A DNA stretch of 64,000 nt from an uncultured cyanobacterium (lineage in GTDB: Bacteria > Cyanobacteriota > Cyanobacteriia > Cyanobacteriales > Nostocaceae), in the NCBI GenBank assembly GCA_963740315.1, contig CAVUDP010000001.1, positions 800,001 to 864,000 of the forward strand. The letters are read 5' to 3'. Both the position numbers and the translations under genes were made by a program. Under the pieces are notes generated by a model. The model did no database searches. It was not told where the DNA came from and saw only the letters and a list, made by a program, of their open reading frames with translations. Every line of letters begins with the position of its first letter. Within the stretch, counting starts at the first letter, position 1. Shown piece by piece: positions 31,554 to 42,603 of this stretch.

Positions 31554-32622
31554 ATATCTATATTGCGTCGTAACCCAACATTTTTATTTATGCTTCGATG
31601 TTGATGTTGAATTACGAATCAAATTCCATTTTAGTATCTAACCCAACCTACAAACTTTACTACAAGTGTTGCCAATAGTTGGAAAGATAGAGAATTTGCT
31701 CCGGATGAATCATTAGTTGAAAATTTTTTAATCTTAATAGGTACCATTACGTGATACAATATTATCTGTAGGAAGTAAAACCGATTATAATCGGTTGAAC
31801 GCAATTAAAAAATAGGTTATTGAAGCGGCGAGGATTAATTAGACCTTGAGCAGCAAACATCTAGCCTGCCTATTTTTATTTATTAAGTATTTTATCGGAA
31901 TGATTAAATAAAATTATTCGACAAACACCAATAAATAAGAAGAAATAAATATTTTCTCCAAATTAGCAAAACAGCATATACACGTCCCAACAGATTATAT
32001 CAAAAAAAAATTACAAATTAAAACAACATTTTTATACAGTCAATCAAACAACGTAATTCCGTTAATTAAATGACAAGACTTGCATTATTAACGATGCTAT
32101 TCTCAACTAGCGAAAAAGTTGTAAATTTTGATTGCAATATATAGCTTTAAACCCCTAATTCCAATTTTTAAATTATTGAGATTTATTAAGTGAAAAAATA
32201 TATGATACTAAAATTAAATTGATAAAACCGTATTTAAACGCTTGAAAAATAAATATGCTTATTAAATACGTCACCTGATGAAAAATAATATTTCCTCAAC
32301 CCCCCATCGCGATCGCAACATCTCACCAAAAAAGCTCTGCGCTCCTTTGCGCTTACCTCCCTCCCCTCTGCGTTGAAAAATAGATAATTCCGTCATTGAC
32401 AGATTTGAGATAAAAAAAGTAATTTATTTAACTCGAAATAAATAAAAATAGTAATTATATGCAAAATCCCAAGGATTATATAAACCACGATTGTAAAAAA
32501 TGCAGCAAATAACCTGTAGTCAACTTGATATAAAGGGTTAAAACCCTGACTACAAACTTAAATAAACTTTGAGTAAGTCAGGATAACCTCGGTAGGATGG
32601 GTTATCATCATATATTGTCAGC

Positions 32623-35205
32623 TTGCAATCTGCATCAATATTCATGACTGCATCTAAACACCAAAATACAACAACGATTACCGACCATCGCACGGTGGAT
32701 ATCAGTAAGCTGAGTCAAATGTACCAGCATTATATTGAAACTAAGGAAAAACATCCTCATGCGGTGCTTTTTTATCGAGTAGGTGATTTTTTTGAATGTT
32801 ATTTTGAAGATGCTGTCACGTTAGCGCAGGAATTAGAACTCGTCTTAACTAGTAAGCAAGCTGGTGCTGATGTGGGAAGGGTGGCTATGAGTGGTGTTCC
32901 CCATCATTCTTGGGAACGTCATGCTACTGGCTTAGTTGAGAAAGGCTATGCGGTAGTAATTTGCGACCAGGTTGAAGATGCTTCGCAAGTTACTGGTGGT
33001 AGGTTAGTTAAAAGGGAAATTACTAGAATATTAACTCCCGGTACTTTGTTAGAAGATGGGATGTTGAAAGCAAGTCGGAACAATTATTTAGCTGCTGTGG
33101 TAATTGCGGGGGATAATTGGGGTTTGGCTTATGCTGATATTTCAACTGGAGAATTTTTAACTACTCAAACAAACGATTTGGAGCATTTAACTCAAGAGTT
33201 GATGCGATTGCAGCCGAGTGAGGTGTTATTTCCTACTAATGCGCCGGATTTGGGTGCTTTGTTAAGACCTGGTGAAAAGTCTAATAGTTTACCCGAATGT
33301 CTGCCACAGTCTTTTTGTTATGCATTGCGATCGCAGGTTCCTTTTTCTCAAGGGGAAGCCAGAAGCAGACTTTTACAAAAGTTCAAAGTGCGCTCTCTGG
33401 AAGGGCTTGGTTGCGATCATCTTCCTTTAGCTGTTCGTGCTGCTGGTGGTTTGTTGGAATATCTGGAGGAGACGCAGAAGGAAAATAAGGTTCCTTTGCA
33501 ACCTTTGCGAACATATACTTTTACTGACTTTTTAGTTGTAGATTATTCGACAAGGCGCAACCTGGAAATTACGCAGACGATTCGCGATGGTACTTATCAT
33601 GGCTCGCTGTCGTGGGCTATGGATAGAACGACTACGGCAATGGGTGGACGTGCTTTAAAAAGATGGTTGTTGCAGCCGTTGTTGGATGTGAAGGGGATTC
33701 GCTCTCGACAAGATACTATACAAGAGTTGACTGAAAATACAACTTTGCGTCAAGATTTACGCGGGTTGTTAAAGCAGATTTACGATTTGGAAAGGTTGTC
33801 TGGACGTTCTGGATCTGGAACTGCAAATGCTAAGGATTTATGGGCGTTGGCGGATTCTTTATCTAAGTTACCGCAGTTGGCTAATTTGGTAATGGATGCT
33901 CGTTCTCCTTTTTTGAAAGCTTTGCAAAAAGTTCCGCCGAGTATGGAAGAGTTAGCGGATAAAATCAAAGCTCATATTGTCGAATCACCACCGATACAGA
34001 TTAAGGAAGGTGGTTTAATTAGGGAAGGGATAAATCCTTTATTGGATGAGAGAAAGGAATTGGTAGAAGATGACCAAAAATGGATTGCGAATTTAGAAAT
34101 TGATGAAAGGGAAAGGACGGGAATTCCTAAATTAAAAGTTGGTTATAACAAGACTTTTGGTTATTATCTCAGCGTTTCTCGTGCTTTAGCCGAGAAAGTT
34201 CCCGATAATTACATTCGCAAGCAGACGTTAACTAATGAAGAACGATATATAACTCCCGAATTGAAGGAAAGGGAAGCTCGAATTTTAACTGCGAGAGACG
34301 ATTTGAATAAGTTGGAATACGACATCTTTCTTGCGTTAAGAGAAGAAGTTGGTTCCCTTGCCGAAACCATTCGCAATATTTCCCGTGCGGTAGCAGCCGC
34401 TGATGTGTTGTGTGGTTTGGCAGAGTTAGCGGTGTTTCAAGGTTATTGTCGTCCCTCCATTATTGAAGGAAGAGAAATTACGATTATCGACGGCAGACAT
34501 CCGGTAGTAGAACAATCTTTACCCGCTGGTTTCTTTGTACCAAATTCGACTTATTTGGGCAGGGAAGAAAATGGAAATAAAGATTCCCCTCCAGATTTAA
34601 TTATTTTAACTGGGCCAAACGCCAGCGGTAAAAGTTGTTACCTGCGTCAGGTGGGATTAATTCAGTTAATGGCACAGGTTGGAAGTTATATTCCAGCTAG
34701 CTCGGCAACTTTGGGAGTGTGCGATCGCATTTTTACTCGCGTAGGTGCGGTGGATGATTTAGCTACCGGACAATCTACTTTTATGGTGGAAATGAACGAG
34801 ACAGCGAATATTCTCAATCATGGTACAAGTAAATCTTTGGTATTGTTAGATGAAATTGGTAGAGGTACGGCAACTTTTGATGGACTTTCTATTGCATGGG
34901 CAGTAGGAGAATATATTGCCACCGAACTTTTAGCCAGAACAATTTTTGCAACTCACTATCACGAACTTAACGAATTAGCATCTTTATTAGATAACGTTGC
35001 TAACTATCAGGTGACAGTGAAAGAAATGCCAGATCAAATTATCTTTTTGCATCAAGTACAACCCGGTGGTGCTGATAAATCTTATGGAATTGAAGCGGGG
35101 AGGTTGGCAGGTTTACCAGCAACGGTGATAAAGCGAGCCAAACAGGTGATGGGGCAAATAGAGCAGCATAGTAAAATTGCGATCGGGTTGAAATCGTTGG
35201 ATTAA
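32623..35205 (+). CDS. mutS: DNA mismatch repair protein MutS
   Basis: [39 protein letters not shown]; start probably ATG 32644. Confidence 0.97.
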   Translation: MQSASIFMTASKHQNTTTITDHRTVDISKLSQMYQHYIETKEKHPHAVLFYRVGDFFECYFEDAVTLAQELELVLTSKQAGADVGRVAMSGVPHHSWERHATGLVEKGYAVVICDQVEDASQVTGGRLVKREITRILTPGTLLEDGMLKASRNNYLAAVVIAGDNWGLAYADISTGEFLTTQTNDLEHLTQELMRLQPSEVLFPTNAPDLGALLRPGEKSNSLPECLPQSFCYALRSQVPFSQGEARSRLLQKFKVRSLEGLGCDHLPLAVRAAGGLLEYLEETQKENKVPLQPLRTYTFTDFLVVDYSTRRNLEITQTIRDGTYHGSLSWAMDRTTTAMGGRALKRWLLQPLLDVKGIRSRQDTIQELTENTTLRQDLRGLLKQIYDLERLSGRSGSGTANAKDLWALADSLSKLPQLANLVMDARSPFLKALQKVPPSMEELADKIKAHIVESPPIQIKEGGLIREGINPLLDERKELVEDDQKWIANLEIDERERTGIPKLKVGYNKTFGYYLSVSRALAEKVPDNYIRKQTLTNEERYITPELKEREARILTARDDLNKLEYDIFLALREEVGSLAETIRNISRAVAAADVLCGLAELAVFQGYCRPSIIEGREITIIDGRHPVVEQSLPAGFFVPNSTYLGREENGNKDSPPDLIILTGPNASGKSCYLRQVGLIQLMAQVGSYIPASSATLGVCDRIFTRVGAVDDLATGQSTFMVEMNETANILNHGTSKSLVLLDEIGRGTATFDGLSIAWAVGEYIATELLARTIFATHYHELNELASLLDNVANYQVTVKEMPDQIIFLHQVQPGGADKSYGIEAGRLAGLPATVIKRAKQVMGQIEQHSKIAIGLKSLD

Positions 35206-35290
35206 AAGACCTAACCGTTAACTTCCTTCCCGGAGCAGAGAAGGGGGAACTTGAAAAAGCCTTTGTCCTCAGAGGAGAGAGGTCATAATT

Positions 35291-35710
35291 TTAATCCTGA
35301 CAGCGATCGCAAACACCCTGCACCGTCAATTCATATTTATCTACGGTTAACCCAGCACGAATATTCTTAAAACTAATACCTTCAACCTGCTCCCAATCAA
35401 TATCTTCAATACTTTTGCATTTGTTGCAGCGGAAATGGTGGTGTGATGAAACGTTTGCATCGTAACGACAAACACCTTCTTCTAATAAAACTTCTCTAAC
35501 CAAACCCACATCTCTTAAAGCTTGAAGAGAACTATATATCGTAGCTTGAGAAGAAGTAGGGCTGTTTTGATTTAAACTAATTAATATTTGTTCGGCAGTT
35601 GGATGATCTTGACGATTAAGTAGGTTGGAATAAACTGCAAACCGCTGGGGAGTTACTCGCAATCCCTTAGACTTTAAAGTTTGGACAATTTTATCGGCTT
35701 GTTTTTCCAT
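35291..35710 (-). CDS. perR: Fur-family peroxide regulator (PerR-like)
   Basis: GLRVTPQR, HPTAE, HHHFRCNKC, CDRC; divergent from a peroxiredoxin. Confidence 0.85.
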   Translation of the reverse strand: MEKQADKIVQTLKSKGLRVTPQRFAVYSNLLNRQDHPTAEQILISLNQNSPTSSQATIYSSLQALRDVGLVREVLLEEGVCRYDANVSSHHHFRCNKCKSIEDIDWEQVEGISFKNIRAGLTVDKYELTVQGVCDRCQD

Positions 35711-35842
35711 ATTTATGATATATAAAGCGGATTGAATCAAAAGATAGGACTAATCCGAGCATAAATTTTTTGTATAAGTATTAATTTAACAAAAAACTAA
35801 AAATAACCAATGAGTAATTATCTCTATTGAATATTTATTAAC

Positions 35843-35857
35843 TAAGAATTATTCTGA
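35843..35857. promoter_or_regulatory. Candidate Per/Fur box
   Basis: TAAGAAT-T-ATTCTGA 7-1-7 inverted repeat between perR and prx. Confidence 0.55.
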
Positions 35858-35901
35858 CTTAGAAGTTAATCAAATCTTTGCTCAAAAATCAGGAGGTAAC
35901 T

Positions 35902-36474
35902 ATGGCTGCAATCCAACAAGTTCCTAACGTCGTCTTTAAAACTCGCGTCCGTGATGAGTCAGTTGAAGGCCCCAATCCTTATCGTTGGGAAGATAAAACC
36001 ACTCAAGGTATTTTTGCTGGTAAGAAAGTTGTAGTATTCTCTTTGCCCGGTGCGTTTACTCCCACCTGCTCTTCCAATCACCTGCCACGCTACGAAGAAC
36101 TTTATGATGAGTTTAAGGCTTCAGGTGTGGATCGAATCATCTGCGTTTCTGTAAATGATGCTTTTGTAATGTTCCAGTGGGGAAAGCAAGTTGGAGCAAA
36201 GAATGTTTACTTACTTCCCGATGGTAGCGGTGAATTTACCCGCAAAATGGGAATGCTCGTTGATAAATCAAATTTAGGTTTCGGATATCGTTCTTGGCGT
36301 TATTCCATGTTGGTGAATGATGGCACCATTGAAAAGATGTTCGTTGAGCCGGATTTTGGCGATAACTGTCCCACCGATCCTTTTGAAGTTTCCGACGCTG
36401 ATACCATGTTGGCTTATTTAAAGGGAGGTAAATCAGCTGGTGTTTCCGCTTCTCGTCGCGCATTTGTAGGATAA
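35902..36474 (+). CDS. Type II peroxiredoxin (Prx5-like)
   Basis: [29 protein letters not shown]. Confidence 0.95.
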   Translation: MAAIQQVPNVVFKTRVRDESVEGPNPYRWEDKTTQGIFAGKKVVVFSLPGAFTPTCSSNHLPRYEELYDEFKASGVDRIICVSVNDAFVMFQWGKQVGAKNVYLLPDGSGEFTRKMGMLVDKSNLGFGYRSWRYSMLVNDGTIEKMFVEPDFGDNCPTDPFEVSDADTMLAYLKGGKSAGVSASRRAFVG

Positions 36475-36567
36475 GCGAAGAATTTTGGATTTTGGATTTC
36501 TCTCATCAGTGGAATCCAATCCAAAATCTATTAAAAATCAACATACTTTTTTATTCAGAATTAGATT

Positions 36568-36722
36568 AAGTGGTAGGTTGGGTTAGACGCAGAAAAAACT
36601 TAAACATAAACGAATAAATTTACCCAAGCGTCGTAACCCAACAAAGTGGTAGGTTGGGTTAGACGCAGAAAAAACTTAAACATAAACGAATAAATTTACC
36701 CAAGCGTCGTAACCCAACAAAG
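36568..36722. repeat. Perfect tandem duplication of a 76-bp REP half-element
   Basis: AAGTGGTAGGTTGGGTTAGACG...CGTCGTAACCCAACA at 36568 and 36644. Confidence 0.85.
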
Positions 36723-36887
36723 CGCGTTTTTATTTCATATAGACATTTTTGAAGGGATTTGTTTTATTGGATGTTAAATATTGTTGTGGTGTAAATTATT
36801 TATTTTAATCTTCTCGATTGAATTGAAATAGCATTAATTAACAATTAACCGTTACTAAACTTACCTATAAACTTCAAATTACCAAGT

Positions 36888-37363
36888 TCAACAACTATCG
36901 TTCCTAATGCTACCATCCGGCATAGTAGTTCGACAGAAAATACAACCAATTTCTAACCAATAATCAATTTCAACTCCAGTAGCATTATTCAACCTAGCAT
37001 TGGTTAAGTTAGTATTTGTAACCAAAACTTCACTCAATTCAGCACGAATTAAGCTAGCTCCAGTAGAGTCAGCACCACTGAGGTTAGCCTGAGCCAAAGT
37101 TGCACCCGCAAGACTAGCCCGGATGAGAAGAGCATTACTCAAATCGCTCTGGCCAAATCGGCTCCTCGCAGAGAACAATCACTCAAGTTGGTTCCGATCG
37201 TATCAGCATGGAGAATAGCACCACTGAAATTCGACCCACTCAAGTTAACGCCGTCCAATTCTCCACCTCTACCTCCTCCACTAAATCGGATACCAGCAAA
37301 ATTTCTTTCCCCCATGTTATAACGCTCAATCAATTGTTCGGCAGTCAATTCAGTAAATTTCAT
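36888..37363 (-). pseudogene. Pentapeptide-repeat gene with 1-bp frameshift
   Basis: MKFTELTAEQLIERYNMGERNF..GADLARA/DLSNALLIRASL..CIFCRTTMPDGSIRNDSC; shift near 37146. Confidence 0.85.
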
Positions 37364-37496
37364 GTCTATTCGTCATCAGAAATGTATACGGTAAATAAGC
37401 TCTATCGTAATCCATTCCTATTGTCAAAAAATTGGCAGAATACGCCAAAATTTAATAGATGTTTTTAAAAGCCAACAAAATACAAAGGTTTTAACA

Positions 37497-37658
37497 ATGA
37501 ATCACAAATACATCCTTCAAACACAAAAAGAAATCGACAATAAACATCTAGAAGCCTTATTAATAGAAGGTTTAGAAAGTGGTAAACCAGTAGAAATTAA
37601 CAAAGAGTGGTGGCAGAAAAAGCGAGCAGAATTAATCCAACGCTTACAGAAAAAATAA
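37497..37658 (+). CDS. Small ORF resembling the C-terminal half of ParD-type antitoxins
   Basis: MNHKYILQTQKEIDNKHLEALLIEGLESGKPVEINKEWWQKKRAELIQRLQKK*. Confidence 0.55.
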   Translation: MNHKYILQTQKEIDNKHLEALLIEGLESGKPVEINKEWWQKKRAELIQRLQKK

Positions 37659-37760
37659 ACACATATCCTACAATCCCCAATCCCCATTTATATATTTGAG
37701 AAACTACCCCAAAGCTGATACCGTCTGAAAATTAGTAAATCATCGAAGTGGACTTTCAGC

Positions 37761-39482
37761 TTGAATCGATCAAACTACTGGCAACTTTTACCTTATATCC
37801 GTCCCCAATCGCAAACGATCGCTAAGGGTTTTGTGGGAATTATCGGATATGTTATCGCAACATTAGGACTAATTAAGCTTGTAGAAGAGTTAGCAACTCC
37901 CTTTGGACAAGGAAATGTTTTACAGATAGCGAAGCTTGCGGTTATTTTGGCAGGAGTTTTCTTAATTAGGGGATTTTTTCAATCAGTACAAGATATTTAC
38001 ATGGCGAAAGCTGCTTTAAGGGTAGCTTATAATCTCCGCAAGCAGGTTTACGCTCATCTACAAAGGTTGAATTTAAGTTACTTTGAAACCGCAAAAGCTG
38101 GAGATTTATCTTACCGACTCACCGAAGATGTCGATCGCGTTGGGGAAGTTGTCCACAAGATGTTTCACGATTTTATCCCTTCAGCTTTGCAACTAGTTTC
38201 CATTCCTATATACATGATTTACCTTAGTTGGCAACTAACCTTAGCTACATTAATTATTGCTCCCTTGATGGGAGTTTTAATTGCTTGGTTTGGCGATCGC
38301 TTACAAAAGTTATCTCGTCGCAGTCAAAATCATGTATCCGATTTATCGGCAATTTTAACTGAGGTGTTTGGCGGAATCAGGATTATACAAGCGTTTGCGG
38401 CGGAGTCTTACGAAGTTGAAAGGTTTAGTAAGGAAGCGGAAGGCACTTTAAAAGCTAAGTATAATACCGAACGATTAAAAGCAATTCAAATTCCGATTAT
38501 CGGATTTTTACAGGCATTAAGTTTTTTATTATTATTGTTTTTTGCAGCTTGGCAGATTTCTATAGAAAATATTACCGTTGGAACATTTTTTAGTTATCTG
38601 TCAGCAGCAGCTTTATTAATCGATCCTGTAGGACATACTACTAATAACTATAATTTATTTAAGGAAGGGGAAGCTTCTGTAGACAGAGTTTTTGAATTAT
38701 TAGCAATTAAACCAGCAGTAGTTGAGAAAACAGACGCGATAATTCTTCCCAGAGTTACGGGTAAGGTAGAATATCGTAACGTTAGCTTTGCCTATCAACC
38801 AGATAAACCTATAATTAAAGATATTGACTTGTTGGCAATGCCGGGGGAAGCGATCGCTCTCGTAGGTGCTTCCGGTGCTGGTAAAACCACATTTGTAAAT
38901 CTTTTACCGCGCTTTTATGATACCCAACTCGGTCAAATTTTAATCGATGGAATTGATATAAAAGATGTTACGCTGAATAGTTTGCGGCGACAAATTGGAA
39001 TAGTACCCCAAGAAACCGTGATGTTTTCCGGTACCATTGCTGGTAATATTGCTTTCGGACAAACTGAATTTGATATGCAAGCTGTTGAAGAAGCAGCGAA
39101 AATTGCTAACGCACACGATTTTATCAGTCAACTGCCAGATGGTTATTATACCGTAGTTGGGGAACGCGGTGCAAAACTATCTGGGGGACAAAGACAAAGA
39201 ATTGCGATCGCCCGTGCAGTATTATTAAATCCGAGAATATTGATATTAGATGAAGCGACATCTGCACTAGATTCGGAATCGGAAGCTTTGGTACAGGAAG
39301 CATTGGAAAGATTGATGGTAAATCGCACGGTGTTTATAATAGCTCACCGTTTGAGTACCGTGAGGAAATGCGATCGAATTTTAGTAATGGAACATGGGGA
39401 AGTAGTTGAATCGGGTACCCATGATGAATTGTTGGCTTTTGAGCGTCGGTATGCCAGATTTTATGCAAGGCAGTTTAGTTGA
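37761..39482 (+). CDS. ABC exporter ATP-binding/permease (MsbA-like)
   Basis: TM domain plus GASGAGKT, LSGGQRQR, LDEATSALD. Confidence 0.93.
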   Translation: MNRSNYWQLLPYIRPQSQTIAKGFVGIIGYVIATLGLIKLVEELATPFGQGNVLQIAKLAVILAGVFLIRGFFQSVQDIYMAKAALRVAYNLRKQVYAHLQRLNLSYFETAKAGDLSYRLTEDVDRVGEVVHKMFHDFIPSALQLVSIPIYMIYLSWQLTLATLIIAPLMGVLIAWFGDRLQKLSRRSQNHVSDLSAILTEVFGGIRIIQAFAAESYEVERFSKEAEGTLKAKYNTERLKAIQIPIIGFLQALSFLLLLFFAAWQISIENITVGTFFSYLSAAALLIDPVGHTTNNYNLFKEGEASVDRVFELLAIKPAVVEKTDAIILPRVTGKVEYRNVSFAYQPDKPIIKDIDLLAMPGEAIALVGASGAGKTTFVNLLPRFYDTQLGQILIDGIDIKDVTLNSLRRQIGIVPQETVMFSGTIAGNIAFGQTEFDMQAVEEAAKIANAHDFISQLPDGYYTVVGERGAKLSGGQRQRIAIARAVLLNPRILILDEATSALDSESEALVQEALERLMVNRTVFIIAHRLSTVRKCDRILVMEHGEVVESGTHDELLAFERRYARFYARQFS

Positions 39483-39756
39483 ATTCACATCTTGCAACAT
39501 TTTCAATAAGCTTCACAAACCGCCTTAGAATAAATTCTCAGGCTAATAAGCAAAGTCTGATAAATCAGACTAGGTAAGAAATAAGAGTGCGTTTTAACGT
39601 ACTTTGTATATGCAGCCCTGAAATTGATTTCAAGGTGGGATGGGGTAAAACGCAAGATTGCTACAAAATGTTAGGTAATGATAGTTTTTTTTGTATAATT
39701 AAATATTATTTATTATTTCTCCCCTCAGTATTTGTAGGGTGCGTTATGGCTTCAGC

Positions 39757-40464
39757 CTAACGCACCGAAATTCTATCTCTAATTTTAATTCGTGGAGTTT
39801 GCGATTCGGGAATACTTTGTAAATCAAGGGCATTTTTGCCAAATTCAAAACTATCTTGATAATTCCGAGCATTGAATAAACCCTGATAAAAACCAGTTGC
39901 AAACTTAATTGCAGCATTATCCCCAATAGCCTGATTCATCCCAATTACACAATTAATATGCTCGTGAATTGCTTCTGCTTGTACTTCGCTATAACAAGCA
40001 TTCATCACCACACATTCAACATTCTCTTGACATAACTTAAATAAATCAGCTAAAGACTGACTACTGACAAATTGCTGTTGTCCGTTTTGATTGTCTAATA
40101 TTAAACCATCATCCCCCGCACCATGCCCGCAAAAGTGAACAATATTTGGCTTATGGTGTAATAAAGCCGAGTGCAAGTCATCAACTTGTATAGCCCACTT
40201 ACTGATAATTTTAATTTCTTCTCGATATTCAGCTTGTCTGTGGACTTTTTCGATTTCTCGCACTTCTTTATCTAAGCGCAGTTTAGTTGTATCTGTGGGA
40301 TTAGCGGCTAAAATCAAGATTTTTTTTGGTTGAGTAGCTTTTTCTGATACTTCGTTGTTTTGGATTCCGATTTGGTTGCCTTGTATTGTGGTATCTCCGG
40401 CATTGACGTTACCAACTTCTTTATTAAAGTTAAATTGATTTTGATACTTATAATTTTCTGACAT
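39757..40464 (-). CDS. CHAT (caspase-like) protease with N-terminal N/Q/G-rich motif
   Basis: KILILAANP..LRLDKEVREI, VHFCGHG (His), VVMNACYS (Cys). Confidence 0.88.
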   Translation of the reverse strand: MSENYKYQNQFNFNKEVGNVNAGDTTIQGNQIGIQNNEVSEKATQPKKILILAANPTDTTKLRLDKEVREIEKVHRQAEYREEIKIISKWAIQVDDLHSALLHHKPNIVHFCGHGAGDDGLILDNQNGQQQFVSSQSLADLFKLCQENVECVVMNACYSEVQAEAIHEHINCVIGMNQAIGDNAAIKFATGFYQGLFNARNYQDSFEFGKNALDLQSIPESQTPRIKIRDRISVR

Positions 40465-40480
40465 ATTTTTATTCCTTAAT

Positions 40481-40558
40481 TGTCATTGCGACTGAAACGA
40501 AGTGCAGGGAAGCAATCCCAGCAATTGAGAGATTACGTCGCTGCCGCTCGTAATGACG
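40481..40558. repeat. Palindromic dispersed element (GTCATTGCGA..GAAGCAATC..CGTAATGAC)
   Basis: Terminal inverted repeat GTCATTGCGA / TCGTAATGAC. Confidence 0.65.
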
Positions 40559-40572
40559 TAATCACCTTGCTT

Positions 40573-42603
40573 TTACGTAAGTCTTGGATTATTTTGAGTG
40601 CCTATTTGATTTTGTACATTTGTATCTCCGGCATTGACGTTACCTACAGATTGATTAAAAATAAAAGTTTTTGATGAATTAGAACTATCTGAATTTATCT
40701 CATCTTCTACCGGCAGAGAATGGAAAAGATCGTGATTATAAAACTTAAACCGCTCTTGAATTTTTAATATTATATTTTCTGCTCTACTTGTATCATTCAA
40801 AAGTAACCGCCACAGTTGAGCAATTTTATCTGAATTTGCAATTTCTCCTAATGCATCTGCCGCACTCCTATCAACATAGGAATCTCGTTCGTTCAAAGCT
40901 TTAATAAGAGGATCAACTGCCCTTTCGCTGCCGATTTTTCCTAATGCATATGCGGCTCTGCTACGATCATAGGAATCTCGATCGTTCAAAGCATTAATAA
41001 GAGGATCAACTGCCTTTTCGCTACGGATTTCTCCTAATGCATGTGCGGCTTTCCAACAAACATCGGAATCTTGATGATTCAAAGCTTTAATAAGAGGATC
41101 AACTGCCCTTTCGCTGCCGATTTTTCCTAATGCATCTGCGGCACTGCTACGAACATAGGAATCTTCATGATTCAAAGCATTAATAAGAGCATCAACTGCC
41201 TTTTCGCTGCCGATTTTTCCTAATGCAGATGCGGCTCTGCAACGAAGATAGGAATCTTCATGATTCAAAGCATTAATAAGAGCATCAACTGCCTTTTCGC
41301 TGCCGATTTCTCCTAATGCAGATGCGGCACTGCTACGAAGAAAGGAATCTCGATCGTTCAAAGCATTAATAAGAGGATCAACTGCCTTTTCGCTGCCGAT
41401 TTTTCCTAATGCAGATGCGGCTCTCTTACGATCATCGCAAGATTCATGATTCAAAGCATTAATAAGAGGAACAACTGCCTTTTCGCTGCCGATTCTTCCT
41501 AATGAATCTGCGGCACTCCTACGAACATCGGAATCTTCATGATTCAAAGCATTAATAAGAGGAACAACTGCCTTTTCGCTGCCGATTTTTCCTAATGCAT
41601 CTGCGGCTCTCCAAGCAAAATAGTAACCTTGATCGTTCAAAGCTTTAATAAGAGGATTAACTGCCTTTTCGCTGCCGATTTTTACTAATGCATCTGCGGC
41701 TCTCCAAGCAACATAGTAACCTTGATCATTCAAAGCTTTAATAAGAGGATTAACTGCCTTTTCGCTGCCGATTTCTCCTAATGCATCTGCGGCACTCCTA
41801 CGAACATCGGAATCTTCATGATTCAAAGCATTAATAAGAGCATCAACTGCCTTTTCGCTGCCGATTTCTCTTAATGCATCTGCGGCTCTCCTATGAACTT
41901 CGGTATCTCGATCGTTCAAAGGATTAATAAGAGCATCAACTGCCTTTTCGCTGCGGATTTCTCTTAATGCATATGCGGCACTGCTACGAACATAGGAATC
42001 TTCATGATTTAAAGCTTTAATAAGAGTATCAACTGCCTTTTCGCTGCCGATTTCTCCTAATGCATATGTGGCATTCCTACGAACATCGGAATCTTCATGA
42101 TTCAAAGCATTAATAAGAGGAACAACTGCCTTTTCGCTGCCGATTTTTCCTAATGCATATGTGGCATTCCTACGAACATCGGAATCTTCATGATTCAAAG
42201 CATTAATAAGATCATCAACTGCACAGTCTGAACGAGTAATCTCTAATAAGCGAATTTCCAGTAATTTGGTTAATTCTCGATCTAAAATAAGATTTACACT
42301 CTGTTGCCCAAACTCCGATTTCACCTCTCCCGCTAACCGCGCACCCAGCATCAAATCCACATCCAAGCCTAACCTTACCACCCGTAACGCTTGCGCTTCA
42401 TTTTCAACTAACGCCAACATTAACGCTACAGGCTCAGTCCATTTGAACAAGTTTAAATAATCGCGTTTTAATTTAGCATCGCTAATGTGAGGTAATTCTC
42501 TCAGCCAGTATTCAGCAGCATAATATTCTTGTAATAACTGGTGGCGAAACTCGATTTTGTTACCACTCCCCACCTGAATTAAATGATGTTTGAGTAAATC
42601 CTC
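40573..42603 (-). pseudogene. NACHT-type NLR C-terminal half: HEAT (PBS-lyase-like) repeats and C-terminal N/Q/G motif; NTPase missing
   Basis: EDLLKHHLIQ..IEFRHQLLQEYYAAE (post-NACHT motif), 15 x 31-aa HEAT repeats, no Walker A/B. Confidence 0.8.

Noticed and set aside
36568..36722. Possible CRISPR mini-array
   Set aside because: Two fully identical 76-bp units with no unique spacers; they belong to the dispersed REP family, and no cas genes are present.
40830..42222. Diversity-generating retroelement as the source of HEAT variability
   Set aside because: No reverse transcriptase or template repeat in the window, and the variation is not adenine-specific.
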